The notes beneath the pieces are model-generated. The model was not told where the DNA came from. It ran no database searches and saw nothing but the letters and a program-made list of their open reading frames with translations. A stretch of DNA of 64,000 bases, from NCBI GenBank assembly GCA_002189035.1, contig CM007992.1:620001-684000 (forward strand), read 5' to 3'. The first letter of the stretch is position 1; each line of letters opens with the position of its first letter. The translations under genes were made by a program, and so were the position numbers. This document shows positions 60,165-64,000 of the stretch, piece after piece. Source of the DNA: Utricularia gibba. Lineage: Eukaryota > Plantae > Magnoliophyta.

Positions 60165-60432
60165 AAACATCTTTACTCGTTTTCGGAAATGCTGATGTGG
60201 CCTTTCTTGGAATGAGGTAAATGTTACGAAAATGAGTAATCTTATTTTTTATTTTTTCCGGAACGTAAATGAAGAAACCTGGTTTTTTTTCGAAAATGGC
60301 TTAAAATATAATTTAAAAGATTTATTTTAATATTACAATTTTCAGAAATGAATACAAACGCAACGGAAAATTAATAAATAAAACCTAATAACTCAATTTT
60401 CGAAAATGATATATCAACATTTCAAGATGTTT
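60165..60432. mobile_element. Decayed Tourist-like MITE related to the element at 129-416
   Basis: Ends AAACATCTT...AAGATGTTT are inverted and flanked by TTA on both sides. Shares the exact 15-mer ATGTTACGAAAATGA (60221-60235 versus 308-322) and TTTTC(A/G)GAAAT-like internal motifs. Confidence 0.55.
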
Positions 60433-61373
60433 TTAGGCATCCAATCGATGGGCAGGGGGGCATCTTTTGATAACGACCACATCGGATAATGAAACTATTT
60501 TATATTATCCGGGTTCAGGGAAATGAATAAGAAATATACACAAGGAGTAGTAGTAGTGGAGGTAGTTCTTTAGGACAAGTCACAGCGTGCGGACGAGGAT
60601 GCGTGTCGTGTCCTGGGAACAGATAACTCTCCCCTTTTCTCTCTTCACCAATACAAAAATGCAAATCCCGAAAGATGTCCGAAGAAGACAGAATTGCTCC
60701 ATACCTCCCGTCTTTTCCTGCTATTTCTTCCTTCTTGTCTGTTCCCCAGTCATCCCAATCCTCTCCCTCCCTCCCTCCCTCAGATGGTGTCAGCATACAT
60801 ACAGTGTTCTGCTGTGAAAAGCAACGTCAGGTATAGTAGCAGTAACTGCCGTATGGAGTTCTGAACTTGCACCCGTTTCCCTCTCCTCTCCTCCGTGGGT
60901 TCTGGTGGCCTGAGATGCACTCAGAGAGAGCTCGGAAGTCGCCCATGTGCATGGACTGGAGTCTGGTTTTGATAGGGCAATAATGCATGGGCAAGACAAG
61001 ACTGGTAAAAGAAGGTTAAATTGGTGGAGGTGACGGAAGTTCGTGTTCTGGAAGAAGAGGGTCGTTGATATTCCGTTCACACTTCCGATTAAATAACTTC
61101 AACTGTCTCCGATGGATCCAAGTGATCGGATTGTCCGTTGCTTCTTATCAGAAAAACTCGAAATTCGATTCCGTTCATACCCGCGTCGCCCCATCTTCAG
61201 ATGGCATGGTTCTTTTACTATTTAAAATACTGTAGTAACAACCTATGACTTGGATTAATTGATGGGATTAGAAAGACTACAGAAATGGTAAGAACCTATG
61301 AAGGGTAAGAGAGCAGGCAACAGATCTAAAGCTGTATACTTACAAATGATGAGGAAAAAGAGTGTTGATTTCT

Positions 61374-63703
61374 CTATGAAATGGAGTGCCTTTGGTTTCT
61401 GACCGTGGAGGAGGATTTGGCGGCACCCCGGAACACGGAAGTCGGGCTCTGGGAGCTGATGGAGGTCTCTGAGCTCTTGTTCTCTGCGCTTGCTGCCACC
61501 CCTTTGCGGAGAAGCCAGAGGTTGTCCAGAATTCTACGAGATGGCAATGGCAGCAACTTTGGCCCCTTCTTTGAGAGAGTTGCATCTGGGAGTGATGATT
61601 CCTCTCTGAGCTTCAGCTTGCTCATTTCGTCTCTGAAGGAATCCTGCTCCGTCTTCTCGTTGATCTGTATCGGCTCGCTCATGCCTCTATCAGCATCTTT
61701 GGCGGCGGCGGCGGCTGCTGCCGCCCTTGCGTGCTCGAAGAACAGAACTTGAACCACTACCCGAAGCGGGAGCTGCTCATTTTGGGCAGCATCCATCGCT
61801 GCTTCTGTTGTTAAAGCCTTGACATCCATAAGCTCACACAGGCTCTTCCTTTCCAACTTCGTCAGATTCTTGTGCTTCTGAAGGAAAAAGGCGAAATCAT
61901 ATGGGAAAACGAAGAAACATGGAGCAGTATGTGTATATTACCTTCAGGAAGACGTCAATGGCGCCGTACAATCCATTGTGGATGGGCCTCGCAGACTTGG
62001 GAACGGCCTTTGCCAGCTCCATGAAACGAGAGACGGAGAGATTCTGATCGCGGGCTACTTCCGACAGATAGCAGTCGATCAGTTTCCCAACCTTCAACCA
62101 AGATCCATGCCCCAGAACGAAATCGCTCTCATTTGCGCTGTTCTTCACCATCTTCGTCTCACAGTTGAGTTCCTGAGATGCAACAAACTTCCCCAACAGT
62201 TGCAGAACATGTTCGATATCGTATGTGGTGACCTGAGGTGGCCTTGCAGGGATCAGCAGATCATTGACAGAAGCCTCGTCTAGCTTCAAACTGATGGACT
62301 CGATCAGATCTTCCGTATACGAATCACTAATGCCGGTCAAGATCGAAACTTTAAGCAGTTTCAACAAGAAGCTGCAAGAGCATGTAATACCCTTATCAGC
62401 AGGAAGCAAGCAGATGATGGTCTCGACCAAAGCTCTGTTCCTGAGAATGTGACTTTCAGAAACCAGTGCATCAACCGTCTCCGGGAGCCATCTGATGGCA
62501 TACATCTTGAGCGCCTCCCCGATAACGACGCCGTCCATTCGACCCTTCGCTTTTATCGCAACCATAACTCTCCTGTAGAGCTCAATGTCCAATTCACATA
62601 TGTCTTCCACCCACCAATCTTTAGGCACAGACTCTGATTTCCTCAGTTGCTTCACTCCGGTCTGCATTATCTCGCTCAAGGTAGTCGTTCTCCGGTTGTG
62701 AGTATAAGACCATGTGATCAGGGAAGGATCAACTGAAGTTTTGGATGCAATGGAGTCAACGCATCTTCCAGCTATTTTCAGATGCTCAGACCAGGGAAGA
62801 AGAGACTCAGTTGTCTGAAGAACAATGATGGCATCTTTCCATGCTCGTAAAACACTGGAATTCAGAAACACCTCTATCTTCAAGATGAGGTTTCCTCTGT
62901 CAACCTCCTCCGTCATCTCCAGATACTCCGCTGCGCAGCGAATGGCGACGACATTGTAGGCGTTCAGGGTCACTGCTATGCCGTAGCAGAATTTGGCGCA
63001 TACTTCAAACGCCTTTGGACCACCAGGGAAATCAACCAACTGAATTTCATCACTGCCTTCTTCACTGGCTTTAAGAAACAGGCTCTGTAATATACTGCTC
63101 TTTGACAAGAGAGGGAACTGCAAAACCATGAAACAGTTCAGTGAAGAAGGAAACCTTAGAAAACTATAGCACAAGGCATGTGCTCTCCAAAAAACAATCA
63201 CCTTGTGCAGGTAAAACTTAATGTCATCAACTTTTATGATAACATCAGTTTCCAGTTCAGATGACACACACCTGCAAAAATGTTCTCAAAAAGCTGTAAG
63301 TAGTTGACAAGAGACAGAGGGACCATGGAAATTAAGACGCGGGGGTTATTTCATGATACTTGAGTCATCTTCACCAAGCTCAAGTTGGTGTTCAACTTTA
63401 CAGCTGCAATGAACCTTGATCATAAATTCTATGCAACTACAACGGAAGGGAGTCTATTCACACAGCGACCGCTCTGTGAACTGGTCTACAAGTAATGAAA
63501 ACCATGGTTTCTTTTACAGGGAGTGTAGAAGATAGTTAAAAAAAATATGTAGTTGAGAAATGATTGTTCATGATTGAATGGATGCGATCATGTGCGAAAT
63601 TGAAGATAAGAAAACTACAGAAACAAGAACAGATTGGTTACCTTACGCAATTGTCAACGTTTTGAAATGAATCAGGCTTTGATCCCAGTTTCATGAACTT
63701 CAT
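61374..63703 (-). CDS. NPY: BTB/POZ-NPH3 (NRL) protein of the NPY/MAB4-MEL clade, 4 coding exons
   Basis: MKFMKLGSKPDSFQ, FYLHK|FPLLSKS, FPGGPKAFEVCAKFCYG, VPKDWWVEDICEL, HNGLYGAIDVFLK, AAQNEQLPLRVVVQVLFFEH. C-terminal RHSIS*. Confidence 0.95.
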
Positions 63704-64000
63704 CTTTTGTTGTAAGAGAAAACGAAAACTTTAGCCTCCTGGATGTCACAATGAACACATCACAGCTCAGGAATCAAGAAAGAGAAAACACTTGTACCTT
63801 GTTGAACTTCCACAAATCACACTTCAAAAGGCAAATCCCGGAAAATGTGGCTAAAATATTCTAGAGTTCCAACAAATGTTGGCGAAAACTAGAAAAAAGA
63901 ACAAAAATCTGCAAAGCCAGATCATCACATGCTATGCTGCATGAAGTGACAAAAAAGCTTCATTCTTTTTAACCAGTCCCCTTCCCCCTTTAGACAGAAA

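Overview
Eukaryotic (eudicot plant) nuclear DNA from a very gene-dense genome: about 20 protein-coding genes in 64 kb, mostly short introns, and gene clusters separated by extremely AT-rich spacers. The cytosolic GH1 glucosidase type and the compactness suggest an asterid, possibly a small-genome Lamiales species (inference). Genes in order: NGATHA-type B3 TF, MIR156 hairpin, domesticated Harbinger (HARBI1/ALP1-like) nuclease, NDR kinase, class II sHSP, GH1 beta-glucosidase, CID7, BT1 carrier, SHINE-type ERF, RPS16 pseudogene, DUF4050 protein, ANTH clathrin-assembly protein, TauE/SafE transporter, FLZ, RPL11, an unknown acidic/basic protein, PP2A B', H2A.Z, DXS3, QCR7, an unknown protein, and an NPY/NRL BTB protein. 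Several decayed Tourist-like MITEs lie in the spacers. No CRISPR array, rRNA or tRNA was seen. Seven apparent frameshifts in five otherwise intact genes are each fixed by adding one base to a homopolymer run, which looks like long-read consensus error rather than pseudogenisation. I cannot support a clearly new biological system. The best leads are a miPEP-like ORF on MIR156, an unusual GH1 glucosidase, a TSD-flanked RPS16 retrocopy in a promoter, an extra intron in the SHINE gene, and GC-rich gene ends facing AT islands. All family assignments come from motif recognition, not database searches.
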